A stretch of DNA of 64,000 nucleotides from Octopus vulgaris (GCA_951406725.2 OX597830.1:75082001-75146000), one strand, 5' to 3'. Shown: positions 26,347 through 41,424, counted from the first letter of the stretch. Numbers and translations: made by a program. The notes: generated by a model not told the origin, from the letters alone.

Positions 26347-26725
26347 CGGTAACAGGGCAGCCCACCTATGATCGTTAGGGTAAAATCCCATACAAAAATT
26401 CTAACATTCCGTCCCGTGTTTACGTTCTGAGTTCAAATTACACTGAGACCGACTGTGCCTTTCATTCTTACAGGGTCGACAGAATGATTACCAATTGAAC
26501 ACTTAGGTCAATGTAATCGACTGAACCCATCCCCCAAAATTGCTGGCCTTGTGTCAAAGTTTGAGACTTTTATTGTTATAGTTTATCAAAAATTAATAAT
26601 GATATGTGTGTGTATGTATATAAGCATATTCATATATACACAGACATATATATATATATACATGCACATATATCTAAAACACACACATATGTATACATAT
26701 ATGCATAGATACATACATGCGTACA

Positions 26726-26795
<70 letters not shown>

Positions 26796-27687
26796 TACAT
26801 GCATACATACACATAAATACATATATACGTACACATATATATATGCATAGATATACATATATACATATATACAAGCATCCATACACGTAATATACATATA
26901 TACATGCATATACATGCATACATGCACGTAAGTGTGAGAGTTTATATAATATAAAGATTAAAATATCTCGATCCCTTCTATTCTCCAAGAGTCAAACATT
27001 GATCAACCATGATTAACTTCAGGGGAGAGCAACATGAGGAAGCTTTAACATTCCTAAACTCGTTAATTGCATGAAACTGATTATGTAATGAAGTTATTTT
27101 CAAAACTACATAATTAAATAATCTACGCAATATATTAAATAAATAGCATCGAAGACGAATAGGTCACATTTCCGGATTTTTGTCACATTACTTCCGCTTT
27201 TCTCGACAGGAAATATTTCAACCTTCCCCCAACAAATAGTCTCATAGGAGTTACTTATGTAGACTCTCCCTCTCGTTTTTATTTTTTACTTTTTGTTTTG
27301 TTTTATCTGTTCGATTTGTATTTCAAATATTTTTATAAAAGGTTTCCATAGAGTTTTCGTCTATCTTATAAACTCACAAAGTATTGGGCGGTCTTGGGCT
27401 ATAGTTATAGATGAAAGTACTGTGCAGTGGAACAGAACCCGATACCACGTTGTTGCCAGCCAGCTTCTAAACTAAACAGCCATGCTTGAGTTAATAGACC
27501 GCTCTTTGGATTTTTCTTATATTTGATCAATAATAGCAAAAATTGAAAGGTAGTTGATGGGCCCAAAGCAGAACCAAAACCTCCTCACGATAAACCATCA
27601 AAAGCATATGATGAATAAGAATAGAGTAAATACAGAATACGTGGGAAATGGTAAGAAATAATCACTTTATGACTGAGGTCTTAAACT

Positions 27688-27910
27688 TATTGCTTTATTG
27701 CCCAGAAGGGGCCAAACATAGAGGAGACAAACAAGGACAGACGAAGGGATTAAGTCGACGACATCGACTCCAGTACGTAACTGGTACATTAGTTATCGAC
27801 CCCGAAAGGAAGAAAAGCAAAGTCGACCTCAGCGGAATTTGAACTCAGAACGTAACGGCAGACGAAATACCGCTAAGCATTTCGCCCGGCGTGCTAACGT
27901 TTCTGCCAGT
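27688..27910 (-). mobile_element. SINE family A with Tx1-type tail
   Basis: Same head, core and tail as 2939-3169. Confidence 0.88.
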
Positions 27911-28355
27911 TAGTACCCAATCTTAGTACCAAACTTAATTCTTCAGACATGGCAGAGTTCGGGTATACATACACTAGACAGTATGACAGCATTATGAAAT
28001 ACCAATAGAAAAGAGACGGCATAGATGCTGAACTGGTACTTATTTGATCGGCCCCGAAAAGATGAAATGTCGATTTGACGGAATTTGAACTTAGAGCGTA
28101 AGGACAGACGAAATGCCGCTAAGTATTATACCCGGCGTGCTAAAGATTCTCAACTTACCACCCTAATAATAATGTTTGTGGTTTCTAGTTTTGGCACAAG
28201 ACCAGAAAATTCTGTTAAGTCGTTTACAGTCAATTGGTACTTACTTTATCAACCCCGAAAGGATGAAAAGCAAAGTCGACCTCAGCGAAGTTTTAAATCA
28301 GAATTTGAAAATAGGTAAAAATACAAGCTTGCTAACGAGTCAGCCAGCATGACGC

Positions 28356-28584
<229 letters not shown>

Positions 28585-28928
28585 CAGGTCACCCTTACCT
28601 GAATGAAATAGCTGTTATAATTTCTTAACAAAGATATAAATGTTCTTTGTAAAAGCATTTCAGCTTGTTTCTGGCAGACAGAAAGGCACGTGCTGAGAGA
28701 GGAATATATAAGAATCAATAACATTGTCATTAACACTAACACACGAAACATAATTTGACTACAAGGAAGGGAGCCACATGCTAGAAATAAGCATCTATAT
28801 TAACCACAGTTTTTCTTCTCACTGGTAAGGGGTACGAGATTGAATTGCATTTTATCCATCTTGTGTCCGAGTCTCAACCAAAGACCTAGGGCATTATTAT
28901 TATCATTATTAATATTATTATTATTATT

Positions 28929-29467
28929 GAGTGAGAGAGCAGTGCATGCCATCAAAGTGACACTGGGGTAAAGAATACGAAGCCCAATATACCCATCATG
29001 ACTACCCATCTGATAATGGTACACCAGGCACATGCATCACAACCATATGTGCGTGACATGGTGATCTCATATCAAGATAAACAGCACATGACCTTGCAGG
29101 TGGGGCCCAGTTAGAATTTTCTTCAGGTTGAGTAGCCCATCCCGCTCAAAAGGTCCCTGAATAAGGGTTGTTTAAGGATGTTGAAAGAACCACCCATGTT
29201 TCCCGAGGTGAATTATTCAAACCCCAAAGAATCCCTCTCAACACATGGCTATGATGCTCCCCCACTACTTCTGCTCGTGATCAGAGATGCACATATCGTC
29301 AGCCACTAAGGGACATGCTCAACTGGTTAAGGTCAAACAACTGGCAAGCAAATCTGTGGTATTGAGCAGAATATTTGCTGTAGCCCATCTTTTATACCAA
29401 GACAAAACAATGTACATGATAACACTTCCAATCAGTTAAGATCAGAAGCCATGAGAGCCATTGCCTG
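28929..29467 (-). mobile_element. ~540-bp non-coding insert within an (ATT)n tract; probable TAA-targeted non-autonomous retroelement
   Basis: Higher-GC complex sequence with sharp ends, ATT repeats on both sides, no credible ORF; minus-strand end ctgctctctcactc(aat)n. Confidence 0.6.
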
Positions 29468-29492
29468 TATTATTATTATTATTATTATTATT

Positions 29493-29534
<42 letters not shown>

Positions 29535-29560
29535 ATTATTATTAATATAATTATTATTAA

Positions 29561-29633
<73 letters not shown>

Positions 29634-30016
29634 TATTAAAACATATAAATAAATAAATAAATAAATAAATAAATACGATAAAGATAGACAAGAAACGATA
29701 TGATCATCGAACAGTGATCAATATTGAAATGAGCTTCACATGTAGCAGTATACAATACAACGACTAAACGTCTACGAAGGCGATGATGACGGTGACGAAA
29801 GTAGCAGCGACAAGACCCTGAAGTAAATGTGACAGAAAAAATGTCTTAATTTCTCTACTAAACTTCCAATATCACATTCATTAATATTTTTACAGATAGA
29901 GATTAAACTTCTTATTTCCTCTCGTCTCTTTCTCCCTGTCTTTTCTCTCTCACTTCACACACACACATACATACACACGTGCATACACACACAAATATAT
30001 ATATATACATCTATGT

Positions 30017-30100
<84 letters not shown>

Positions 30101-30565
30101 CTATATAATAATATATCATAATAATATATAATCTCTGACATTTATATTTAAACTATTGACTGTTTTATATATATATACATAGATATAGATATATAGATAG
30201 ATATATATACATTTATATATATACCAACATATATGTGTGTGTATGTATGCGTATATATGCATATATATGTGTATAGATGTGTGTGTGTGTGTAAGTATAT
30301 ATCCACATTTCCATATATATACGTACGTACACGTCACACACACACACACACACACAAACGTATATATGGAAAAACATCATATTCCCATTTATAAGTTAGT
30401 ATCCATAATAAAAATAAATACACATATCATAGAAGAAACATTGATCAAATTATTCAAGACTTGTCTGGCATCGGTAAATACATACACGCATACATACGTC
30501 TATGTATATATTTATGCGTGTATGTACATATGTACATATATATACGTATGTATATATGTATAAAT

Positions 30566-30655
<90 letters not shown>

Positions 30656-31167
30656 CCGGATACCAACATGAAACCAGTATACATATTAAAATTACATTAA
30701 AACCTTTAGTGAGGTGAGCTAGTTGGCACCATGGTAAGATGATATCATCTATTTGGCTGAGAATTCTATAAAATAACTTACGATTAGCTTATTTTATGTT
30801 ATGGAATTTTTGGTCTTTTTTTATGATTTCTATATGTTTGGCAATACAATATGTTGACGAAAAACCCTTACTTAATAGATGCCGTTCAGACTGAAGTCTT
30901 AACCAAAAACATCAATGGACAATAAGGTTTTGTATCTGAAGATGCGAACAGGTGAGGTGCCTTGTAATTGGAATCACAGATACCTGTTGTGGAAAAGACA
31001 CAGAGTGAGTATGGTTGCATTTTCACTCTACATAGAATATTTGTGATACACGTAAGTATGATCTTTGGTAATTCTTTTATTTTGGGACTAACATGTATAA
31101 CTATATACATGTATGCTCCACTTGGCTGCATTCAAAGTGCACCAATAAAGTGGGCAATAAAGAAATA

Positions 31168-31266
<99 letters not shown>

Positions 31267-31308
31267 CATTATTATTATTATTATTATTATTGTTATTACT
31301 ATTATTAT

Positions 31309-32222
31309 ATGAAAACTCTCAAAATATTTTGTTTGCTATGATGGAAAGTCTCAGCTGTCCACATCCAGTAGACTAAGGTGACACTTGTATACTGGTCATG
31401 CTTCAAGAACCTTGCAAAAATTCTTGCAGTTCCAAGCAAAGCTGACTTTTGTAGGTGTTCTACCTTCACACTTGCACCAATCTTTTTCAGCCATGCTGGT
31501 AGTTGAGTGCTGATACTTCCAAGCGCACCAATTAATATTGTTATCACGTCTACTCTCTTCATTAACCACAACGTTCGTATTCCCCACTTTAAATCGTAGT
31601 AGGTGTCTAGGCCAATTGTAGCAATCTTCATTGTTATTGCCAGTTGTAAAAGACAACGGCCTCCCCCCTTTCTTGGCAGATAAAGTCGTTCTGTATCTGC
31701 CTTAGGGTGGTGCATTCTATGCATTGTCAACAGTTTTCGTATTTTTCTGTCGAGCTGACATATTTCAGTAATTGACCAGTTAACGATGTTGAAACTGTAA
31801 GTCACGACTGGTATGGCTAATGCATTGATCGTTTCGATCCTGTTTCTTGCATTCAGCTCTGTCTTGAGTATTGCTCTCACTCTTCGATAACATTCTCTCC
31901 TGATCCTTTCCTTCATCTCTGAATGCCTTATTCCGTCCCCTTCAATTACGCCTAGATACTTGTAGCTCTCCGCTGGGTCTAGTTCTTTTATGACATTCTG
32001 CTGGTCAAGGTTAACGTTAGATGTTTCTGTCATTTTTCCTTTGATAAAGGTAGCTTTTGCACAATTATCGAGGCCGAATTGCATTTTGATGTCGTCACTG
32101 AATTGTTTGACTATCGCTAGTAAGCCCTTGAGTTGTTGGTCATTTTTTGCAAATATTTTGATCAAACATTTTATATCCGTACTGCGCGTCATTGAGCGGT
32201 TTTGAGAGAGGTATTAAGGCTC
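31309..32222 (-). mobile_element. R4/Dong-type LINE fragment with two internal deletions, flanked by (TAA)n on both sides
   Basis: LIPLSKPLNDAQYGYK...FAKNDQQLKGLL..VKQFSDDIKMQFGLD.CAK...YKYLG...MHHPKADTERLYLPRKGGGR fused to DLKWGIRTLW...IGALGSI...LQKSALLGTARI; ATT runs at 31169-31308 and 32223-32391. Confidence 0.9.
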
Positions 32223-32262
32223 ATTATTATTATTATCATTAATATTATTATTATTATCATCA

Positions 32263-32326
<64 letters not shown>

Positions 32327-32328
32327 CA

Positions 32329-32362
<34 letters not shown>

Positions 32363-33884
32363 GATCATCATCATCATCATTATTATTATTATATTACTTC
32401 TCAGAGCGCTCTGTATTGTTTACTCTGGTAGATTCTCTGAGAGCGGACAGCAGCTTGCTGTCAGAAGCCTTACAGTGTCTCTTTCGGTGCAATATAGCTT
32501 TGATACTTCGTTTTAGATTATTGTGGGAGACATTCAACATCCAAGTACCAATCTTAAAATCATAGCTGTCCGCTGCAGAACAGCTTTTGCGGCTTACTCT
32601 GCTCTCAATTCCGATTTCTCTGATAAAATGACAATATTCGTTGAAGACATCATTGAGCTGGGTTTTACGCAAAATATTTATCGGCCATTTTCTCGGTTGT
32701 ACGCTCTCAGATAAAATTCGAGTTCGGTTTCGTCTTTCTTCATTTCGGGTTGATAAAATTACTTGTGTCAATGTAATCCACGTTGCTCCATGCTCTGTCT
32801 ATAATTGTTGGCTTTGTGCAATAATTTGAAAGAATCTAAAAGCATATTTAGTTAAAGAAATTTTACTTTCAAATTTCAAAATATGCCGATATCAGCTTTA
32901 TCGTTCATATATCTTGGCGTCTATAAATTTAATACCAATCAAAATCTGAGATTTATTATATGGAATGTTCTATTGACTAAAATATGTAGCTTATCTGCGT
33001 AGCTGAAAATTTATTTTGTTTCCTTACTAATTGTTTAGCCCTAGGTATGCTCTGAGTGGGTAGATCAATACTCAAAAGAACTCAAGCCATGACCCTCCCA
33101 TCCTACTCTCAGTCACTTTTTATTTATAACTTCATTATCTGTCCATTATGTCCATGTCTGTTGAAGATTAAAAATGTAATAGAGTTTTATAGATATCGCA
33201 TTTTGTAATTATTATTGTAGCTGTTGTTATTGATGTGGTGGTGCTTGTGACAGTGGTAGTAGCGGTGATGTATGGTGAGATGAGACTTCTGCTTTTTAAA
33301 AGAGAGTTTCGGTTATTTATGGCTTGTGAATCCATCAGAGAATGTTACGCTTTTGATAGCAAAATGGAATTATTCATTATCATGATGATGGTAATGTAAG
33401 TACATCTACATACGTAACCGAAACACTGCGAGTTCTTTCTCTCATTACCAATGAAACCTCTTACTTTACTTAATTAAGTCACTCACATATCAGCGATATC
33501 AAACATACCTCTGAAAGAATGAAATAGAAGATGTAATAGAGAAAGACGGAGAGAAAAAGGAGCAAGAAGATGATAGAGGAAGAGAGAGATAAAAGTGAGT
33601 TGTTTTCTATTGGGTTGCCTAACATGCAACGTGACATCAATATCAGTCAGTAGGTTTTCATGTTCCTCAGTAGAACTATATGATCTGAAGATAAGCAGCA
33701 ATTAGATAGCCAATGTTCCTCAAATCATACTCTTTGGACTTTAGACAATGGGTAAGTTAGAAAATGTAAGACCGGGATTTGAACTCAAAATTTAAAGAGG
33801 GAATAATGCCGCTTGACATTTTGCCCAGCATACTAAAGAATATGCCTTAACAAGAATACGTCTTAACAAGAATAGTAATAACCC

Positions 33885-34462
33885 TTTCTTCTAAAGGCCA
33901 AAAATCTTAAATTTGTTTGGAAGGGATTAGCCGTTTACACCTATCCAAGTGCTTCACTGGTATTTAATTTATTGACTCCGAAATGATGAAAGGCAAAGTC
34001 AGCCTTGGCGGAATTTGAACTCAGAATGTAAAGACAGACGAAATACCTATTTCTTTTCTACCCACAATGGGCTAAACACAGAAGGGACAAACAAGGACAG
34101 ACAAACGGATTAAGTCGATTATATCGACCCCAGTACGTAACTAGTACTTATTTAATCGACCTCGAAAGGATGAAAGGCAAAGTCGACCTCGGCAGAATTT
34201 TAACTCAAAACGTAGCCGCAGACGAAATACCTATTTCTTTACTACCCACAAGGGGCTAAACACAGAGAGGACAAACAAGGTCAGACAAACGGATTAAATC
34301 GATTATATCGACACCAGTGCGTAACTGGTACTTAATTTATCGACCCCCGAAAGGATGAAAGGCAAAGTCGACCTCGGCGGAATTTGAACTCAGAACGTAG
34401 CTGCAGACGAAATACCGCTACGCATTTCGCCCGCGTGGATATGATTCTGTCAGCTCGCCGCC
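33885..34462 (-). mobile_element. SINE-A tandem composite (two Tx1-tailed units plus an older A' unit)
   Basis: Junctions gacgaaatacc|tatttctt at ~34047 and ~34231; the last unit has a different, older tail. Confidence 0.88.
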
Positions 34463-34844
34463 TTAAAAAATAATAATATTAATGTTTTTTTTTAATTTTG
34501 GCACAAGCCCATCAACTTTGAGGTTGGGCTTTAGTCGATTACATCGATCTCAGTGCTCGACTGGGCCTCACTTTATCGACTCCGAGAGGATGAAAGGCAA
34601 GGTCGATCCCGGAGGAATTTGAACTCAGGATGTATAGGCAGACGAAATGCTGCTGAGCCTGGTGCGATAATGAGTCTGCCAGCACGCCGCTCTAACAATA
34701 ATAATAATCGTAACAATAATTCTATAAAATGAAACGACTATGAGTGCAACAATAGCAACAAGAATACAGAATAACACCAAAGTAAAAGAAATATACAGTA
34801 ACTGCAGCGCACAATACATCACCACCACCACCAACAACACCACC

Positions 34845-34876
<32 letters not shown>

Positions 34877-35261
34877 CAGCAACAGCAGCAGCAACAACAA
34901 CAACAGTAGCAACAACAACACCACTACCACCACCACCATCATGAAAACCGCTTCGTCTGCAACAACAACAATAATAGCAGGAATAGCAAAAACAAAACGC
35001 CAACAAGAACAACAACCGGTGGTAAGAATAGAAATTACCACCAATGACACACACAAGAATAAAACGGTAAGACCATGTCACACATCACCAGAAACATCAC
35101 AACATCAAATCAACTACCAGATCAACAATAGCATAGTAATAACAATAGGAAGAAGAAGAAGAAGAAGAAGAAGAAAACAGGGTCTCAATCTAGCAAAGAC
35201 AGCACCAACAACAACAGTGGCAAAATGCAAAAATACTTTCTATAAAATACAAACAAACAAA

Positions 35262-35478
35262 GACGGCGAGCTGGCCGAAACGTTAGCACTCCGGGCGAAA
35301 TGCTTAGCAGTATTTCCTCTATATTTACGTTCTGAGTTCAAATTTCGCCGAGGTCAACTTTGCTTTTCATTCTTTCGTGGTTGATAAAATAAGTACCAGT
35401 TGCTTTCTGTGGTCGATCTAATCGATTGGTCTCCCTCCGCAAAAATTTTGGGCCTTGTGCCTAGAGTAGAAAAGAATA
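35262..35478 (+). mobile_element. Full-length SINE-A' with gggccttgtgcctagagtagaaaagaat tail
   Basis: A head and core; 14-bp TSD aaaatacaaacaaa at 35244-35257 and 35479-35492. Confidence 0.88.
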
Positions 35479-37282
35479 AAAATACAAACAAAAATTAAGA
35501 AAAAATGTATTGTGTCTGCCGTATTATGCCGTATATTATCAGCACGACCACCCCGACAGACAGTACTCAATCAACAACAACAACTATGTTAAAACCAACA
35601 ATAACAATTATATACGCCTTCAAGAGCAATACCACCACCACCAACAACAACAACAAGAAGAGCAACACCATCATCAGCAACAACAGAACACCAACAACAT
35701 TGGTATTCTGAATACAGAACACCAATAACCACATTCTTTTTTAATAACACCCACACCACGCTAACATCACCACTTACACCACCGCCACCGCCGCAAACTC
35801 CACAACATCAACAACAACAGCAACAACAGTATGTACACGGGTTACAACAACAGTAGGTACTACAACAATAAAAAAAGCAACGTTATGAACACACAAGTTA
35901 GTTTAAAACTCATGGTATTTTTCGCTCTGCTATAATATTTCCGAGCAATTCTCACTTATCAATGTAAGATTAGACTGAATTTAATGGCGGTTACTTAGAC
36001 TTTCTTGTCATAAAATTGTACCCACTTAGGGCGTTAAGTGGGGAACAGGGTTTATTGGCAAAATTGATAGCTTTTTACTTCTACTTATTGATATAATATA
36101 TTCACTAGGTGAAATTAATTATGTTTTTTACAGTGCGTATGTAGATGCGGATGTATCTATATATGTATGAATGTATGTATGTATGTATATATATATATTT
36201 ATGTATGTGCGTTGGTGTTTGCGAAGAGAGAATGCGATTGTGTGTGCTATTTTCTTTAGTTTTTTTTAATTTCTCTCAGTGTGTTGGTGGTGGCGCTGGG
36301 GTCTCTTGCGAGGGAGAGCATGGGTTTTTGTTGTTTGGTTTGTGCTTGTTTTCGTATAATTATTTATGTATATCCGTGTGCTACTGTAGCAATGTATGAG
36401 TATCAGTGTAAGAATTTTTGGTGTAAATGTGCGCATTCATTTATATGGTTATATATATAGATATATATATGTCAATATCTATATCTCTATATGTCTGAAT
36501 GTCTGTGCGCATGTGTGTGATCTTGTGTAATTGCATATGTTTTACCAGTTTTACTATCGCGAATGAAAACAAAACAAAACAAAAAACAACAACAAAAAAC
36601 ACTTTTGCTTTTTTCTTTATATAAAGTATTATTATAATTTTTTTATCCTAAAATATGCTGCTTTTAAGACTTGGCACATTTTAAATTTATGTATTTCCAT
36701 TTACTATTATTTATTACTTATATGTGTCTGTCTCTATATAACCGAGTGTATATTCGTAAATTTGCATGTAGAAGCATTGATGTATATGTATGAACGTAAG
36801 AGTGCGTTAGAGATCATATTTGTAAGAATGTAAGAATGAGAATGTGTCAAGTTGTTTTTGTAGGTGTATATGTGTGTGTCTATGTATGTATGTATATATG
36901 TATGTTTGTGTGTGTATATGTCTGTCTGTGCTTCTATGGGTATGTACATCGGTCTAACTGTACAAAGTAGCGAAACGTCTGTTAACCATTTTAATGTTGA
37001 GCTATACATATTCTCCGACTGTTTTACTGTTTATTATATGACTTTAATATCAAAAATTCGTTTAGACTTGCAAAGAAGAGGCTTTTTCGTAGTGATGACC
37101 AATTAAAATATAACTACCAAATATTCAACGTGACTATAACTAGTTTAGTATCTACTAACCAAGACCTATATCTATATTGAATCAGTGGTATTAGTTTTAC
37201 ATAGGTATTCATTCAGTTATTACGTTTATTAAGGAATGAAATTGACTATTTATTGAGCATTTTGTTTCATGCCTCCAATGCG

Positions 37283-37336
<54 letters not shown>

Positions 37337-37637
37337 GTATGTAGAGGTAGTTGAGCCGAAAACTAGTCTGATCGACTAAAACATTTCAAGTAGTGGTCTC
37401 CGCATGAACGCAATTCAATACGTAAAACAAAAAAGCTAAATACGAATATACAATCTCATATTAAATCGGACAAATTCACAAGGGCAAGGAAATATAAAGG
37501 GAATTTTTACCTGGCATACATACAAATATATCTACATATATGTAAATTGTATAAGATTAGGCAAGACGAGCTATAAAAGTTTTTAAAGTTTCGTACATAG
37601 AGAATGGCTAGGTTGAAACTGTGCAAAACACTGTGTT

Positions 37638-37688
<51 letters not shown>

Positions 37689-37960
37689 CTTTTAATTTAC
37701 TGAGTAACTGAAGGCCACGCATCCCGACTTTTGTTAACATTATATATATATATATATATATATATCATACTTTTACGAGGAAGAAGTTTCGGTCAAATCG
37801 TTGAAATCACTCCCACCTCGTTCTTGTAAACCTATACTGTTAGTAAATATGTGCTGTACAAAAATTCTGGTGTAATTATTTAGTAATAATTTATAATAAT
37901 TCGACGAACATTAAAATGCACATATCTGTATTATATATAGTATAGTCATCTCTCTCTCTG

Positions 37961-38036
<76 letters not shown>

Positions 38037-38204
38037 TAGACATGGCCTAGACCATTCTTTGGTCGAAACATATCTAAGTTTATCTAAGTTTATATATATA
38101 TATATATACACATATACATACATTCATATATATATATATATATTACAATGAGGTAGTTTTGGTAAAACATTGTGAAGTATAACTTTACACAATAACCGTC
38201 TTTC

Positions 38205-38612
38205 GTGGATGTGGGCTAAGAAGCTTACTTTCCGACCACCTGTTCCTGGGTTCAGTCTCACTTCGTCGCACCTTGGGCGAATGTCTTCTTCTATAGCCTC
38301 GTGGAGACCAAAGCCTTGTGAGTAGATTTGGTAAACGGAAACTGAAACAATCCCGTCGTATAAATATGTGCCTGTGCGTGTGTGAACGTGTGTGTGTGTG
38401 TGGGGGGGTATTTGTGTGTTTGTCCCATCACATCGCTTGACAACCGATGTTGATGTGTTTATGACCCTGTAACTTAGCGCTTCGGCAGAAAAAAAAAACC
38501 GATAGAATAAGTACTTGTCTTACAAAGAATACGTCCTGGAGTTGATTTGTTCTACGAAAGGCCATGATCCAGTATGGCCGCACTAAAATAACTGAAACAA
38601 AAGAATAAAAGA
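38205..38612 (+). mobile_element. Near full-length SINE family B with internal (TG)n
   Basis: Head, body and tail all match other B copies. Confidence 0.88.
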
Positions 38613-38718
38613 ACATATATATACACAGGGATATTTATGCGTAAATATACACACACAAACACACACACACACATATATATGTATATCATATATAATATCT
38701 ATAATATATATATATATT

Positions 38719-38953
38719 TATCTAGTTGCTGTTATGTTGGTCAAATTCTTTTGTTACAATAATTATTTTTGCTTGCGATAGCCAGTTTTTTGGCAAGCTA
38801 TTGTATCTCCAGCTGCTTCAGATCCCAAGATATCAAAAATTGTTCAAGTGTTGTACAACGTGTTTGCTTTGGAATGGTGAAACTATTTTTTATTGTTTTG
38901 AAAAAGCAATGTTTTGAATTTACGACACTTTTGCATAATATCAACGATACATA
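38719..38953. mobile_element. Internally deleted copy of the 5615-5995 MITE
   Basis: Shares ttttgcttgc.atagcc.gtt, gtatctccagctgc.tcagat and the right TIR ttttgcataata.caa.ga. Confidence 0.7.
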
Positions 38954-39189
38954 GAGGTCATAGTCTATCACCATCCTACATTGTAAATCCATGGTTGTAT
39001 TCCAATTATTCTCTCTGTTACAGATGAAGGTAAAAATAATCCGCCATTAAACATAGAAAAATTTAAGTTGTCGATTCACCTACTCTAATATAATCCATAA
39101 CAACTCATCCATCTTAAATCAAATTCTACGCTGTCTTAATGTGATAACCTACACTACTTTCGATTATATAAAATTAGGTACACAACATG

Positions 39190-39531
39190 AGCGATTGAAC
39201 AAGAAGTTTCCTTTGCAGTTATAAAGCCTCGTGTTCCATCCTATTAGTGGAATCTTAGGCAAGTTTCTTTTACCATTGCCTTAGTTTAATCCAAGGATTG
39301 TGAGTAGAACTGGTTATACGGAAACTGTACAGAAACCCGTTGGATAAATTGAGGCTGTAATTCAAATATAGAGCTTTGTAGCACACTGTATCACGCTGGT
39401 TCTACCAGAGAATCCCTTTATAGAAGGTATCTGTAGAATGTCTAACTGAACCGCTAATAGTATAATTCAATGGATAGATAATTCGATTGATCGAATAACT
39501 CGATGCTCATCATTGAAACCGACTGAGAGCC
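39190..39531 (+). mobile_element. Old chimeric SINE: family B head and body with family C type 1 tail
   Basis: tcttaggcaagtttctt...gtgagtagaactggttatacggaaactgtacagaaacccgt (B), then cactgtatcacgctg...gattgatcg...aaccgactgagagcca (C tail). Confidence 0.5.
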
Positions 39532-40544
39532 ATCAACTTTACTTACGTATTGATTACACAATGCATGGAGGAAAAAACGATAAGAATGAACGAACCGTAT
39601 TTCATCGTAGTTTTATTCATTCTCGGCTAACCTGGGGTTATGCAAGAATAAAACAATATTCTGTAATATATTCTATCAATTTCCAGAAGTTGTACAGCAG
39701 CTATCCTCATGTTTCACTCATCTCTGAACCAAGATAGCTTGGTACGGTCAGTGAGAATCATATTACGCTTATCGTGGATTGATCTGCGATAACACGGGTC
39801 GGCGATCAGTGAAAATCTGGTTGGATGGCAAACGAACTCTCCAGCGATCATTCACAATGTTCAGGATAACTTAGAATTTCAGAACGAAACCTATTTTCTC
39901 CACATGTTCTTTTATTCATTTATCAGTGATTCACCTAACACGTTTTCTGTTTTTGTTTTATTATGAAACACCCGTGATAAATGAGGATATGTGTATTACA
40001 AATAAGTCAAGGATTGAACATATCTTCTATAACACGTCATAAGTTTACATAACTCAGAATGGACTTCTGACAACTAATTCAGATGTTGTTTTGAGGAGTT
40101 ATATGAGATTAAATATCGCTCTATCGCGTCGACTAACTATGCATGTATAAAATACAGATATTAAAACGCACTGCACTACATAGCACAATAGAAAACAACT
40201 CAGAAATCTTTTCTTGGTAAGTTGGTAAAAAGGGTGTTATCACAGATCGACAAGCGATGTTAATGTGCTATTCCGACGGTCTAGCTCTGCAAACTAGACC
40301 GATAGAATAAGTACCAAACTTATAAAGAAAATAAGTACTGGTGTAGATCAGTTCGACTAAAAATCGTCAAGGCGGTGCCCCAGCATCGCCGGATAAGAAA
40401 TAAAAGAAAAGATGACGAAAAAATATAATTAAAAATAAAATGTGTAGAAAATAAAAGTTACACTGAGGCAGTTTGCGGGAAAAAGAACAATTAAAATTAA
40501 TAAAATTAATATTGTAGATATTAAAAATCTAACTAGAAATAAAT

Positions 40545-40884
40545 ACTCTCTTTTACTCTTTTATTTGTTTCAGTCATTTGACTGTGGCTATGCTGGAGCA
40601 CCGCGTTTAGTCGATCAAATCGTTCCCATGACTTATTCTTTGTAAGCCTAGTACTTATTCTATCGGTCTCTTTTGCCGAACCGCTAAGTTACGGGGACGT
40701 AAACACACGAGCGTCGGTTGTCAAGCGATGTTGGGGGAGGGACAAACACAGACACACAAACATATACACACACATATATAATATATATACATGTATACAT
40801 ATATACGACGGGCTTTTTTCAGTTTCCGTCTACCAAATCCATTCACAAGGCTTTGGTCGGCCTGAGGCTATAGTAGAAGACACA
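40545..40884 (-). mobile_element. SINE family B, 5'-truncated, young
   Basis: High similarity to B body and tail. A further B 3' fragment lies on the plus strand at ~40245-40410. Confidence 0.9.
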
Positions 40885-41424
40885 TATAAAATAAATAAAA
40901 CAAACGCAAAGAATATTAGCCAATGATTGATATGTTAATTAATTCCATATGACAAAGCGTGAACATGTTTCGGTCTAAGAGTAACATCGTCAGAAAAGCC
41001 CGATATAGATTTCAACGTACGTATCGAAGTAGATTATCGGAAAATTATTAAATAAATATGGTAAGTTTCTTGAATAGCTTGATACGTTTTGTGCAAAATG
41101 CATTGCAAAATTAATGAATTAATGTTACATTCTAAGGATTAATTAACGCCAGTGATAATGGTCAAATTGTTTCGCAATTTCTAAAAGAAGCCAGTCATTA
41201 AAGTTTAGAAAAATGTTTTATCATCATCGTTAACATCGTCGTCATCATCACTGTCAACGTCACCGTCACCATCATCATTTCCATCCTTCGGCTCCTCGTC
41301 CTAGTCGTTTTCGATGTCGTTGTCCTCCCCTCCTCATCATCATCTTTGTCATTGACGTCATCGTTGCCATCATCGCCACGTCATTGTGACCATTGGCGTT
41401 ACCGTCGTCTTTGTTGTCGTTGCC

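Noticed and set aside
30933-31005. CTGAAGA...GAAA with a paired aacagg/cctgtt stem
   Set aside because: No valid stem III/NUH triplet or stem I.
34740-35384. 214-aa Thr/Asn-rich ORF
   Set aside because: Made of (ACC)/(AAC)/(AAG) repeats running into a SINE.
38035-38080. gacc...ggtcGAAACatat hammerhead-like 3' half
   Set aside because: CTGANGA core absent.
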